From Candidatus Binatia bacterium (GTDB lineage: Bacteria > Desulfobacterota > Binatia > HRBIN30): 64,000 nt of DNA. Positions 48,790 to 59,142 of the stretch are shown here, piece after piece (within the stretch, counting starts at the first letter, position 1; every line of letters starts with the position of its first letter). The notes beneath the pieces are model-generated. The model was not told the origin of the DNA. It searched no databases and worked only from the letters and a program-made list of their open reading frames with translations. Both the position numbers and the translations under genes were made by a program. The stretch is taken from NCBI GenBank assembly GCA_038245295.1, contig JBBRSP010000002.1, positions 160,001 to 224,000 on the forward strand. The letters run 5' to 3'.

Positions 48790-49890
48790 CTACCGAGTTC
48801 TGAGCAGAGCGCGACCGGGAACCGGCGAGCGGCCGGCGAAACGCTCCGCCGGCCGGATCTTCGCCCATGCATCGAGTAGCGACGTCATCTCGCGCGGCGC
48901 GCTCGCATGCAGCACCACTCCGGCAGCGCCGGCGTTGAACTGGTCGAGGATGCGCTGGGCGCAATGCGCCGCCGAACCGGTGGCGTTGCTGCTGCTGAGC
49001 CATTCGGCCGGGTAGATGTCGCGGATGCGGCGCAGCTCGTCGTCGGTGAACTCGGTGGCGTCGGCGAAACGTCCTTGGAGCAACTCGTGGCCGCGTAGTT
49101 TGTCGAGGACACCGCGATCCCAGCCGTTGGCGTCGACGATGAGCTCGCCGTAGCCGGGGATCTGCATGTACGTGGTCATGCGGCGCACGACGTGTCGCAG
49201 CTCCACGGATTCGGGGAGATCGCAGGCGGTAACGAGGCAGGACCATACCTGCACGCTCTTCGGATCGCGTCCGGCCTTCTCGGCTCCGGCGCGGGCGCGG
49301 GCGACGCAATCGGCGACGGCTTGATCCGTCCAGTGTGAGTGCAGCAGGATGCCATCGAAGTGTTCACCGGCAAGCTGCTGTGTCTTTGGGCCCAACGCCG
49401 CCATCAGCAACGGCGGCGTGTGCTCGACGGTATGGTCGAGGCTCAAGTAGGCGAACTTGCCGGCCGGACCGTCGTGGCCGAACACCTTCTCTCCAGCCCA
49501 CAGGCGGCGCAGCAGTTGCGCCGTGTCGGCCAGCATCGCCGGCGTGGCGCGTGGGATGCCCCACATGTCGGAGCGCATGTCGAAGCCGCGGCCAAGGCCG
49601 AGGGCGAAGCGGCCGCCGGTGAGTGCGCTCATCGTCGAGGCGATCGAGGCGGTGAGCATGATGTGACGGGTGTTGGGATTGGTGACACCGACAGCAACCG
49701 CCAGCTCGCTGGTCAGCGCTCCGGCGGCTCCACTCAGTGTCGCTGCTTCCTTCACATCGTGGCGTTCGGAGATCCAAACCGAGCCGAGGCCGACCGTCTC
49801 GGCGTCGCGTACCTCTTGCAGCATGGGGCGCGGGTCGGCAACGCGGCCGGGGAGGGTGTAGAAACCAAGCTCGGGGAATCGTGATGGCAT
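48790..49890 (-). CDS. LLM class F420-dependent oxidoreductase (MSMEG_2249/TIGR03857-like)
   Basis: ELGFYTLPG..SER..KEA..NTRH..GHDGPAG. Confidence 0.8.
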   Translation of the reverse strand: MPSRFPELGFYTLPGRVADPRPMLQEVRDAETVGLGSVWISERHDVKEAATLSGAAGALTSELAVAVGVTNPNTRHIMLTASIASTMSALTGGRFALGLGRGFDMRSDMWGIPRATPAMLADTAQLLRRLWAGEKVFGHDGPAGKFAYLSLDHTVEHTPPLLMAALGPKTQQLAGEHFDGILLHSHWTDQAVADCVARARAGAEKAGRDPKSVQVWSCLVTACDLPESVELRHVVRRMTTYMQIPGYGELIVDANGWDRGVLDKLRGHELLQGRFADATEFTDDELRRIRDIYPAEWLSSSNATGSAAHCAQRILDQFNAGAAGVVLHASAPREMTSLLDAWAKIRPAERFAGRSPVPGRALLRTR

Positions 49891-50067
49891 GGCGGTATCG
49901 TTTGCATCGAGTCGGCGGTGCGAGCAACCCCCGGCGCCGGGCTTCGACCCTTATGTTCCCGACTGCACTCGGCTTCTGAGTCCGCAGACCCAACCCTCAC
50001 CCTAACCCCAATGTCGTTAAGTTAGCGAGGGTGAGGGCCAATGCGGAGCCTCGTCATAGCGGCGGAG

Positions 50068-50391
50068 GACACTGTCGATAAACTGAAATGAGGCAACGTC
50101 ATCCCGGCGGAAGAGTCTGTCGTAAAACCAAAGTGGAGCAATGTCATCCCGGTGAAAACCGGGATCTCCCCCTGCTGGAAGCCTCGAAAGCTGGCGAGAT
50201 ACCGGCTTTCGCCGGTATGACGGAAAGGTCTGCTCGGTTTCAAATATGGTTTCCGAGAAAATCGACACACTCGAAAGCCGGGATCTCCTCGAGTAGAAGG
50301 CCGAGAATGCTGGGGAGATACCGGCTTTCGCCGGTATGACGGGGGTGTTTGCGCTGTTTGAAACGATGAATCAGAGAAAGTCGACAGACTC
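50068..50391 (+). mobile_element. MITE family B (outer copy; 160 bp once the nested copy is removed)
   Basis: Ends GACACTGTCGA / TCGACAGACTC; GGAG duplicated at 50064-50067 and 50392-50395 in a REP loop. Confidence 0.8.
50113..50272 (+). mobile_element. MITE family B (inner copy, 160 bp)
   Basis: Ends GAGTCTGTCG / CGACACACTC; flanked by GGAA / GAAA within the REP loop of the outer copy. Confidence 0.8.
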
Positions 50392-50662
50392 GGAGGCCGG
50401 GACGACGCACTTCTCTTGCTAACTTAACGACATTGACCCTAACCCTCTCCTAGATCTTGCCGGACCATTCGAGCTGAGAGAGGGAACCAGTGGCTTCCGC
50501 AGGCAGCTTTTCCAGACCGCCCAGAATGAACGCGGTCAGTTTATGTATAGGAGGCCGCCTACAGAGGGAAGCGCCGGACGGGGGCCGTCTCGAAGGGCGT
50601 CCCAGATACTTCGCCGCGGCGATCACAACTGCTAAGCGACGGCGGAAAGAGGGAGAACCCAC

Positions 50663-51883
50663 ATGAGTAGAATCGTCGTTCTTGGAGGCTGTGGCGCTGT
50701 TGGCAGTGTGGCGGTGAAGACGTTGGCCAACCGGCCCGAGGTATCGCACGTCGTCATCGGCGACATGAACGACGCGCGCGCCAAGGAGCTGATCGCCACT
50801 CTCGGTGCCGAGCGCGTGTCGTTTCGAGCCGTCGACGCCGGTGACACGGCGAGTGTGAAGCAGGCGATTGCGGGCGCCGACCTGGTGCTCAACTGTGTCG
50901 GACCGTTCTACAAGACGGTGAAGACGATTCTTTCCGCCGTGCTCGACGCCGGCATCAACTACGTCGACATCTGCGACGACGTCGATGTCACGCTCGACAT
51001 CCTGAAGATGGACGACGCGGCCAAGCGCGCCGGCATCACGGCGTTGATCGGCATGGGCGCCTCGCCGGGTGTCACCAACCTGCTCGCCAAGTTCATCGCG
51101 GAAACGCAGCTCGACAGCACCGACTCGGTCGACATCTTCCACTGCCACGGCGGTGAAGCGATCGAAGGTCCTGGGGTCATCGGCCACCGCTTCCATTGCA
51201 TGAGCATCGACATTCCGATGTTCCTCGACGGTGAGCTGCGCTACGTGCGCTACTTCGAGCCCGACGGCATCGCGTTGCGTGAGACGTTCGACTTCCCCGT
51301 TCTCGGACCGATGCCCTTGTTCCCCTATCCGCATCCGGAGCAGGTGACGCTGCCGCGTTACTTGAAAGTACGGCAGGTTACCAACAAGGGCTCGGTGATT
51401 CCAATCGAGTATTACCAGCTCACCGCCGAGATGTGCCGCCTCGGCCTCACCAGCAAGGAGCCGCTACAGGTCGGCGGACAATCGATCACGCCGTATGACT
51501 TTGCGACGGCCTTCCTGATCCGCGAGCGTGATCGAATATTGCGTGAGCAGAATTTCGGAATGCAGCGCGGTTGTGTCTCGGTGGTCGTGAAGGGAATCAA
51601 GGCGAGCCAGCCGCGCGAGGTGCGTATCCATATGGCGTCGAGCGCCGGTGGACTCGGTGAAGGTACCGGAATCCCCGCGGCGATTGGGGCGTTGCTGGTC
51701 CTGTCCGGGAAGGCGACGACGCGTGGTGTGATTCCACCGGAGGGTTGCCTCGTGCCGACCGACTTCATCGTATTGGCGGGCGAGATCATGTCGTCGGGAA
51801 TGCATGGCTCCGGGCTTGGGCGCACGCCGCTCCTCGTGGAAATCATCAAGGCCGATGGGTCGGTAGAGAAGATGGAAATGTAG
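50663..51883 (+). CDS. saccharopine dehydrogenase-like NAD(P)-dependent oxidoreductase
   Basis: VLGGCGAVG, NCVGPFY, YVDICDD, GMGASPGVTN, HPE. Confidence 0.88.
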   Translation: MSRIVVLGGCGAVGSVAVKTLANRPEVSHVVIGDMNDARAKELIATLGAERVSFRAVDAGDTASVKQAIAGADLVLNCVGPFYKTVKTILSAVLDAGINYVDICDDVDVTLDILKMDDAAKRAGITALIGMGASPGVTNLLAKFIAETQLDSTDSVDIFHCHGGEAIEGPGVIGHRFHCMSIDIPMFLDGELRYVRYFEPDGIALRETFDFPVLGPMPLFPYPHPEQVTLPRYLKVRQVTNKGSVIPIEYYQLTAEMCRLGLTSKEPLQVGGQSITPYDFATAFLIRERDRILREQNFGMQRGCVSVVVKGIKASQPREVRIHMASSAGGLGEGTGIPAAIGALLVLSGKATTRGVIPPEGCLVPTDFIVLAGEIMSSGMHGSGLGRTPLLVEIIKADGSVEKMEM

Positions 51884-52041
51884 GCGGACTGGCGTCCGCC
51901 AGGCGCAGGCATAGGCTTGGGCTGAGGCGGCTTTGCCCATTCATTCAAAGATCGACTGCTGCTCAGCTGACCGCAGGCTGAAGCCTGCGCCTACCACGCT
52001 AAATATGCAGGTGGAATCGAAACCGGTAGGCGCAGGCTTTA

Positions 52042-52198
52042 GAGGCTGTCTCAAAACCTTGCGGAGCCGGCTTCGACAGGCTCAGCCTGAGCGGGTGCTT
52101 GGTTGATTTTCAGCGACATTTTGTCCGCTCGCCCTGAGCCCCGCTCATCCTGAGCTTGTCGAAGGACGAAGGGTGAGCCTATGTTTTGAGACAGCCTC
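52042..52198. mobile_element. 157-bp MITE inserted in the loop of a GTAG REP
   Basis: Perfect 16-bp TIR GAGGCTGTCTCAAAAC; TTTA duplicated (52038-52041, 52199-52202); removing it restores GTAGGCGCAGGCTTTAGCCTGCG. Confidence 0.9.
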
Positions 52199-52329
52199 TT
52201 TAGCCTGCGGAGTGTTCCGACGCGGATTGTTGGGCAAAGCCGGCACGATCTGAGCCTGAGCCCAAGCCTATGCCCCAGCCTTCGGATCGGGGTGGACGCC
52301 CCGACCCGATTGTGGGTACACCACCCCGC

Positions 52330-53343
52330 ATGATCAACGCCGAGGCGGCGGCCGTCGCGGCAGCGAATTTGGCGCGGTACCAACCTGGGCAGCGCGCCGG
52401 TCACTACGAGAGTTACTTCGTCCGCGCCAATCACCCGACGCGCCGGCTGGCGTTCTGGATTCGCTACACCCTGTTCAGTCCGCATCAGCGCCCTGAACAC
52501 GCCATCGGCGAGTTATGGGCTGTGTGTTTCGATGGCGAGCGTAGTGTTCATGTGGCGGCCAAATCGGAACTGCCGATGGCGCAGTGTTCTTTTGACTGCC
52601 ACGCTTTTCATGCTCGCATCGGCACAGCCGAGCTTGCCCCTGGGCGCTTGCAAGGCAAAGCAACCTCGGGCCTACACGGAATCACCTGGGATCTGACCTT
52701 TAGCGGCGCTGCGGCGCCGCTGTTTCTGCTGCCGCACAAGATGTACGAGGCTTCGTTACCAAAGGCGAAGACCCTGGTGCCATTACCCTTGGCGCATTTT
52801 TGCGGCGCGCTGTCTGTCGACGGAACCGCGCTTGCCATCGACGATTGGGTCGGCAGTCAGAATCATAACTGGGGCACGAAGCACACGGATCTGTACGCGT
52901 GGGGCCAGGTGGCCGGTTTCGACTCGCATCCACAGAGTTTTCTCGAAGTGGCAACGGCGCGCGTTAAACTCGGACCGCTGTGGACACCGCCCCTGACGCC
53001 GATGGTGTTGCGACACGATGGTCGCCAACACGCACTCACGGCGACCGGCCAGGCCTTTAGAGCCCGCGGCGAGTGGCGCTACTTTGATTGGCAATTCGCC
53101 AGCGAGAATGATGAGGTTCGCATCGAAGGCGAGATTCGCGCGCCGCGCGAGGCTTTCGTCGGCCTGCGTTATTACAACCCACCGGGTGGCGAGAAGCATT
53201 GCCTCAACAGTAAGATCGCCGCGTGTGAGGTGACCTTGGCGCACAAGCGCGGTGGCCACGTGGAAAGGCTGACGACGGCAAATCGGGCGGCCTTCGAGAT
53301 CCTTACCGACGCGCGCGATCATGGGATCAAGATTGAAGCGTAA
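52330..53343 (+). CDS. hypothetical protein (tocopherol cyclase-like beta fold)
   Basis: HYESYF.RANHP..AFWIRYT, GSQNHNWG.KH..YAWGQ. Confidence 0.65.
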   Translation: MINAEAAAVAAANLARYQPGQRAGHYESYFVRANHPTRRLAFWIRYTLFSPHQRPEHAIGELWAVCFDGERSVHVAAKSELPMAQCSFDCHAFHARIGTAELAPGRLQGKATSGLHGITWDLTFSGAAAPLFLLPHKMYEASLPKAKTLVPLPLAHFCGALSVDGTALAIDDWVGSQNHNWGTKHTDLYAWGQVAGFDSHPQSFLEVATARVKLGPLWTPPLTPMVLRHDGRQHALTATGQAFRARGEWRYFDWQFASENDEVRIEGEIRAPREAFVGLRYYNPPGGEKHCLNSKIAACEVTLAHKRGGHVERLTTANRAAFEILTDARDHGIKIEA

Positions 53344-53367
53344 AGAAGGAGTTGCTCCCTGGGGGAG

Positions 53368-54876
53368 ATGCTGACCGACATCTCCAACGTCCTCACGGCT
53401 GTCTGGTGGATCAACTACATCGTCCTGCCGGTGGCGGCGCTGGTGTGACGGTGCACGATGGCCCATCGCTGCCGCCCGGTTAGATCATTGCGCCGACCGT
53501 CGGTGAGTTGGTGGCGCAGCGCGACACGTACCACGACAACTTTCAGGATCCGGAGCGCTTTTTGAAGGCCGGTGGTTTTCGCGGCCGTCAGCTGCAGGTG
53601 CTGGCTGAAGGGACCTATTCCATCAATCGTCTATTCGCGACCGTCGAGATGATCCCCAAGGCAGTCATCGAGGTCGGTAACGTCGGCGTGGTGATTTCGT
53701 ACACGGGCGAGCTCGGCGCCGATGTGTCAGGCGACGATTACCGCCACGGCGAGTGGGTTGGCACCGGGCACCGTGGTGTGTGGCGCGAGCCGATGTTGCC
53801 CGGCAAGTATGCTTTCAATACCTACGCCGGCAGCATCCTGTCGGTACCGACAACCAACTTCATCCTCAAGTGGAATCGCGCGAAACCGGCTCGCATCGCT
53901 ACGACGAGAACCTTGCCGAGGTGTCGCTGATCACCAAGGGCGAGTTCGAACCGTCGTTGCCGCTCTCCGTGGTGGTGCACAACAGAAGGCGCCGCTGGTG
54001 GTGCAGCATTTCGGCGACATCAAACGTTTGGTCGAGCAGACACTCGATCCCATGGTGTCGGCGTACTTCAAGAACGTGGCGCAGACACGCACGCTCATTC
54101 AATTGCTGCAGGACCGTGCCGACATCCAGAGGCAATCCGGATTGGAAATGAAATCGAAGTTCGCGCACTACAACCTCGAGCTCGAAGAGGTGCTGATTGG
54201 AACGCCGACGGCGGGCAAGGTCGGCAGTCAGATGGAGCAGATCCTCAATCAGTTGCGCTCGCGACAGATCGCCGAGGAGCAGGTCGAGACCTACAACCGT
54301 CAGGAGCGCGCCGCGGTGAAGGAGCGCGAGCTGCGCGAGGCCGAGTCGCGTGCCAAACAGCAGACCGCCATCACCGAGTCGGAGCTGTCGATTGCGATTC
54401 AGACCAACCAGGGCAAAGCCGAGTATGCGCGCGCCCAGCAGCAGGCGGCGCAGATCCAGGCGATCGCCACGGCGGATGCCGAACGCATCCGCATCATGGG
54501 TGAAGGCGAAGCCAAGAAGACCCTGGCGTTGGCACACGCCGAAGCGGAACGCGCGGCGCGTGTCGGTATCGCGCAAGCGATGGCGATCGAAGAGCAGGTG
54601 CGAGCCTACGGCGGGCCGCGCTTGCAGCTGACGCAGCAGGTGATGAACCGCTTTGCCGAAGCGATTCAGCAATCGCGCGTCGATGTGGTTCCGAAGATCG
54701 TCATCGGTGGTAGCAACGGCAGCGATCCGAACGGCGGCGGCAACGTGTTGCAAGCGTTGCTGGCGATGCTGCTGTCGGACAAGGTCGGTCTCGATCTCAG
54801 CACCGTCGCCGCACCGACGAGTCCGGAGGTGCAGGCGATGCGCGACGACATCAAGGCGCGCATGACGCCGACATGA
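53368..54876 (+). pseudogene. SPFH/flotillin-like protein, disrupted
   Basis: TM start stops at 53448; in-frame TAG 53481; frame changes near 53880 and 53985; C-terminal coiled coil and VVPKIVIG intact. Confidence 0.8.
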
Positions 54877-55189
54877 GCGGGTGCACGGCCCGCCCGAAGG
54901 CGGGAGGTGTCGGCCGCCCCAAGGCGGGTGTCAGAATGCACGGCAAACGCGGTTCTTTGACGGCCCTCTGCGCGAATCCCCGTCCGGTAGACCCTCAATT
55001 TCGAAGAAACTCCTTATTTTTCAATAGGTCATTCCGAGAATCGCCGAAAAACGTTGAGTTTGGGTACGTAGGTAAGGTCATCCGGGAGGCTGGGACGCGA
55101 TCCTGGGGCTTCCTGGTGCGTCGTATGAGCGATGTTGCCAGAGGTAAATCCAGATTATCCGACATGGGAGGCTTCTGGATAGGAGAGGT

Positions 55190-55366
55190 CTACGCCGGTC
55201 GCCGCGGGTGCTGATTTTTGGACTCGATCGGGCCCGGCAGGCGAGAGCGTGTCTTCCTCAGCGCGGCTCGCGCCAAGGCGGCGATCGGCGTTTCGTACAT
55301 GTCGAGGAAGTCTTCCAGCTGCGCTTCGGGCGTAGCGATCCCCGTGGAGTCACGCCTTATGATCAA
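55190..55366 (-). pseudogene. truncated N-terminal fragment (DUF1801-like)
   Basis: TPEAQLEDFLDMYETPIAALARAALRKTRSRLPG, then abrupt loss of similarity. Confidence 0.4.
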
Positions 55367-55466
55367 GCGATGCGGATACCAAGCGTTGCCCGTGCCCCCG
55401 CCCCTGCCTGAACGCGGGCGGAGGCACGGGCGCGGGAGCTATGCGATGGACCGGAGCGCACGTGGT

Positions 55467-55856
55467 TCATCGCGTCGGTGACAAGGCGACGATCTCCTCG
55501 CCGCGCTGCTCGAGCCGCACTCGGATCAGCACCTTGCCGCAGGGCGGGCCGGAGACACACTCACCGCTGTCTGGTTCGTAGTAGGCGCCGTGTGTGGCGC
55601 ACATGAGGTAACGCTTGTCCTCAGTGAAGAATTGGTTGTCTATCCAATCCATGGTCATCGGCACGTGCATGCAGCGATTGACGTAGGCGTGCAACTCGCC
55701 GGCGTAATTGACGATCAGGCATTCCTCTTCCTGACCATCGACCTCGAGCATGAACTTCTTGGTGGTTCCCGGAGCCAGCTCGCCGACTCGCGTTACGAGG
55801 ACCTCGCTTCTCACCATGCCTCCGCTGGGGCGCTGCGGAGCGGCGCGCTTCGCCAA
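55467..55856 (-). CDS. Rieske 2Fe-2S ferredoxin
   Basis: NRCMH ... CATHGAYY..SGECVSGP. Confidence 0.9.
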   Translation of the reverse strand: MAKRAAPQRPSGGMVRSEVLVTRVGELAPGTTKKFMLEVDGQEEECLIVNYAGELHAYVNRCMHVPMTMDWIDNQFFTEDKRYLMCATHGAYYEPDSGECVSGPPCGKVLIRVRLEQRGEEIVALSPTR

Positions 55857-55917
55857 TGCGTTACCGAACCAAGCCGGAGTGCGGCGCTCTCGCGGCGCCT
55901 GTCAGACGTCGAAATGC

Positions 55918-56853
55918 TCATCGCGCCAGACGCTCCAGCGCATCAACGATCGGGATTTCCAGGCGCGTGTGCGACATCTGGTTGATCTGACGCACGGCGG
56001 AAGGACTGGTGATGTTGACCTCGGTAAGCCAGCCGTCGATCACGTCAATCCCCGCGATGGTGATCCGGTGCCGCGCCAGGATGGGCTGCAGCGCCGCCAC
56101 CAATTCGAGCTCACGCGAGGTGATCTCGGTGGCAACTACCGTTGCCCCCTGGTGAATGTTGGCGAGATGCTGCGGCGACTTGGGGATACGATTCACCGCG
56201 CCAATGGCTTCACCCTCGAGGACGATGATGCGTTTGTCACCGGCCGCGACACCTTCCAGGTAGCGCTGGGCCACCACGACCTGATCCGGCTTGGCGCCAC
56301 AGTAGGATCGGATGGTTGCCGCGTCCGCGCTGCCGACAACCAGGATGCCGCGGCCGCTGCAATCACTGAGGGGTTTCATCACGATCCGCTGATGTTCGGC
56401 GGCGAATTGACACAACTCTCCGGGATCACTGGTAATTAGCGTCGGTGGTGTCCACGTCGGCAGCTCCAGCGCCAGCAGCTTTTCGTTCAGCGAGCGCAGT
56501 GCCAGAGGGTCGTTGACGACGGTGGTCTCGCGCGCCGCATGTTCGAGGATATACGTGGCCGCCACGTAGGCGGCATCGACCGGCGGATCCTTGCGCATGA
56601 GGATGAGATCGACCTCGTGAGCCGCCAACCGCTGGGGTTCGCCGACCCGATACGGCGGTGTCCCCCCCAGGTCCACCTCGATCGGCCGTACTCGGAAGCA
56701 GGCACCGCGTTCGGTCAACGAAAGATCCGGTAAGGTGGCAATAAAACAGGCGTTACCGCGATGCTGCAGCTCCTGGGCCAGTAACAAGGACGTCTCCGTC
56801 TCCAGATTGAGATTCGCCAACGGGTCGATGACGAAGAGAAAACGCCTCCCCAT
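55918..56853 (-). CDS. gshB: glutathione synthetase
   Basis: DP..ETS, MRKDPPVD, VVNDP..NEKL, KPL..GDKR, ANIHQG, EVNITSP. Confidence 0.9.
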   Translation of the reverse strand: MGRRFLFVIDPLANLNLETETSLLLAQELQHRGNACFIATLPDLSLTERGACFRVRPIEVDLGGTPPYRVGEPQRLAAHEVDLILMRKDPPVDAAYVAATYILEHAARETTVVNDPLALRSLNEKLLALELPTWTPPTLITSDPGELCQFAAEHQRIVMKPLSDCSGRGILVVGSADAATIRSYCGAKPDQVVVAQRYLEGVAAGDKRIIVLEGEAIGAVNRIPKSPQHLANIHQGATVVATEITSRELELVAALQPILARHRITIAGIDVIDGWLTEVNITSPSAVRQINQMSHTRLEIPIVDALERLAR

Positions 56854-56973
56854 GGGGCAGAGTTACCGCAGTGGCAACGCCGACGCCATAATCGGCGCGG
56901 TTTTCCGCCAACTATCGTGCTTGTGAGTTCGCCGGGGATCGGTTACCAACGGCCGCCTAAGGAGATCTCTGCC

Positions 56974-59142
56974 ATGCGCCTGCGGTTTGTCGCGCTTCTT
57001 GCGACTGCGTTGTCCCTCTGTTCACTGTCGTTGGCTTCCGTTGCCCCGGCGCAATGCGTCGGTGACTGCAACGGCAGCGGCGAGGTGACGGTCGACGAGA
57101 TCATCCTCGGGGTAAACATCGCCCTCGGCAGCTTGCCGGCATCGGCATGTGTACCCTTCGACCACAATGGCGACGGCGAAGTTACGATCGACGAGATTCT
57201 CGTTGCCGTGAACAACACGCTGGTCGGATGCACGGCGGTTACACCGACGCCGACGCCGACCGGGGATCAGGGCTGGTCGTTCCAGAACCCGTCACCGAGT
57301 GGTGAAGATTTTTACGCCATGAGTTTCATCAGTCCCACCGTTGGCTGGGTCGGCGGCGGATTCTCCGAGATGGAAAAGACGACGGATGGTGGTCAGACCT
57401 GGGAGTCGCAGTTCATCGAGGACGAGTTCAACATCTTCGGTGTCAAGTTTGTCGACGCGTTCAACGGCTGGGCCGTCGGCGAGTTCGGCGAGATCTACCA
57501 CACCAGCGATGGCGGGACGAATTGGGTCGCGCAGCAGAGCAACGTCGAAGATGACCTGACGGGTGTCTCGTTCGTCGACTTCAATAACGGTTGGGCTGTC
57601 GGCATCGGTGGACTGATCCTGCACACGAGCGATGGCGGCGGGGTGTGGTCGCCGCAGAACAGCAACTCGTCGCGCGATATCAATGCGGTGTACTTCGTCG
57701 ATCTCAACAACGGCTGGGCGGTCGGCGCCCGCGGCCTCATTTTGCACACGAACAACGGTGGGCAGACCTGGGCCTCGCAAATCAGCCCGACCGGTAACGC
57801 CCTGTTCGCCGTGACCTTCACCGATTCACAGCGCGGCATCGCCGTCGGCGACAACGGCGTGATCGCCCGCACCATCAACGGTGGCACGACCTGGACCAAT
57901 CAAACCGCGCCGATCGTCACGTCGCTGCTAGGCGTCGGCTTCAGCGGCCCGGCGAATGGCTGGATCGTCGGCGACATCGACAGCGACTCCGGCGAGGCAG
58001 TGATCCTGCGCACCACGGATGGCGGCGATCACTGGGTGGCGCAAGACAGTTTGAACGACAATGCAATCTACGCGGTGCAGCCGTTCGACGGAAACACCGT
58101 GATGGCCGTCGGCGGCGGCGGGTCCCTGCTGCGTACGACGAATAGCGGCGGCGACTGGACGCTGTTGAATCCCGCCAGCACCAACGAAATGTTCGCGATC
58201 GCCTTCGCGCCCGGTAACGCCGACGCCGGCATCAGCGTCGGCGACTGGGGGGCGATCTCGACGACGACCGATGCTGGTGTGACATGGACCGGCCGCGATT
58301 CCGGAACCAACGAAGGTCTATTTGGTGTCAGTGTCGTCGACCCGCAAACGGCGTGGGTGGCCGGTGGTACCGGAACGATCCTTGTAACTCGTGACGGTGG
58401 TGTGAACTGGGCTGCGCAAACGACGGCGACGGAAAACTCGCTGTTCGCCCTGAAATTCGTAAACGCCAACAACGGCTGGGCCGTCGGTGAGAACGGAACC
58501 ATCTTGGTTACGGGCGACGGCGGCACCCAGTGGGCGCCGCAGACCAGCAATACCAGCAATGCGCTGAATGCCGTCTCTTTCGTCGACACGCAAAATGGTT
58601 GGGCCGTCGGTGATAGCGGTACCATCGTGCATACGAGTAATGGCGGCCAGACCTGGGCGATACAGAACAGCGCGACCCAGGAGACGCTCTATGCCGTCTC
58701 CTGCGCCGACGCGCAGAATTGCTTTGCGGTGGGCGGCACTCCGGACGACACGGCGCCGACACAACTGATCCTGCATACGACGAACGGCGGCACAACGTGG
58801 ACGTCGCAAGCCGTCTCGTGCACGACCGACTGTCCCGATCCGTTGTTCTCCGTCTACGCGATCGATGCGAATCGGGCTTGGGCGTCGGGCGACTTCGGGT
58901 TGATCCTGGTGACGTCGAACGGCGGAACGAAGTGGGAGTTCCAGGACAGTGGCGGCCTCGACGCGCTGGATGGGATCTACTTCGTCGATGCGAACAACGG
59001 CTATGCCGTTGGTGCGCGCGGTACGATCATCAACACGACGAATGGCGGTTACGATGCGACGACTACCGCGGCGGTGCTGGCGAACGCGTCACTCGGCGTA
59101 GGCTTCGAGCGTACGCCGCGCGCGCGACACCCCGCTCAGTAA
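56974..59142 (+). CDS. secreted protein: CVGDC dockerin-like domain + 14 Ycf48/BNR-type propeller blades
   Basis: Signal peptide; [17 protein letters not shown] / [14 protein letters not shown]; 14 repeats of ~41 aa ending T.DGG..W. Confidence 0.85.
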   Translation: MRLRFVALLATALSLCSLSLASVAPAQCVGDCNGSGEVTVDEIILGVNIALGSLPASACVPFDHNGDGEVTIDEILVAVNNTLVGCTAVTPTPTPTGDQGWSFQNPSPSGEDFYAMSFISPTVGWVGGGFSEMEKTTDGGQTWESQFIEDEFNIFGVKFVDAFNGWAVGEFGEIYHTSDGGTNWVAQQSNVEDDLTGVSFVDFNNGWAVGIGGLILHTSDGGGVWSPQNSNSSRDINAVYFVDLNNGWAVGARGLILHTNNGGQTWASQISPTGNALFAVTFTDSQRGIAVGDNGVIARTINGGTTWTNQTAPIVTSLLGVGFSGPANGWIVGDIDSDSGEAVILRTTDGGDHWVAQDSLNDNAIYAVQPFDGNTVMAVGGGGSLLRTTNSGGDWTLLNPASTNEMFAIAFAPGNADAGISVGDWGAISTTTDAGVTWTGRDSGTNEGLFGVSVVDPQTAWVAGGTGTILVTRDGGVNWAAQTTATENSLFALKFVNANNGWAVGENGTILVTGDGGTQWAPQTSNTSNALNAVSFVDTQNGWAVGDSGTIVHTSNGGQTWAIQNSATQETLYAVSCADAQNCFAVGGTPDDTAPTQLILHTTNGGTTWTSQAVSCTTDCPDPLFSVYAIDANRAWASGDFGLILVTSNGGTKWEFQDSGGLDALDGIYFVDANNGYAVGARGTIINTTNGGYDATTTAAVLANASLGVGFERTPRARHPAQ

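Larger units (their letters stand above)
50009..50435. mobile_element. 427-bp MITE with IS4-like ends, containing two nested family-B MITEs
   Basis: Perfect 18-bp TIR CAATGTCGTTAAGTTAGC; 10-bp direct repeat ACCCTAACCC at 49999-50008 and 50436-50445. Confidence 0.9.

Noticed and set aside
50017..50339. Short ORFs over the MITE clusters (also 38514-38869 and the start of 40317-41201)
   Set aside because: They are translations of REP/MITE DNA (VIPAKAG/SYRRKP motifs), with no transposase features.
38513..50435. Recurring palindromes with spacers as a possible CRISPR array
   Set aside because: The units alternate in orientation, spacers are shared between loci, copies are dispersed and no cas genes are present; they fit REP/MITE structure.
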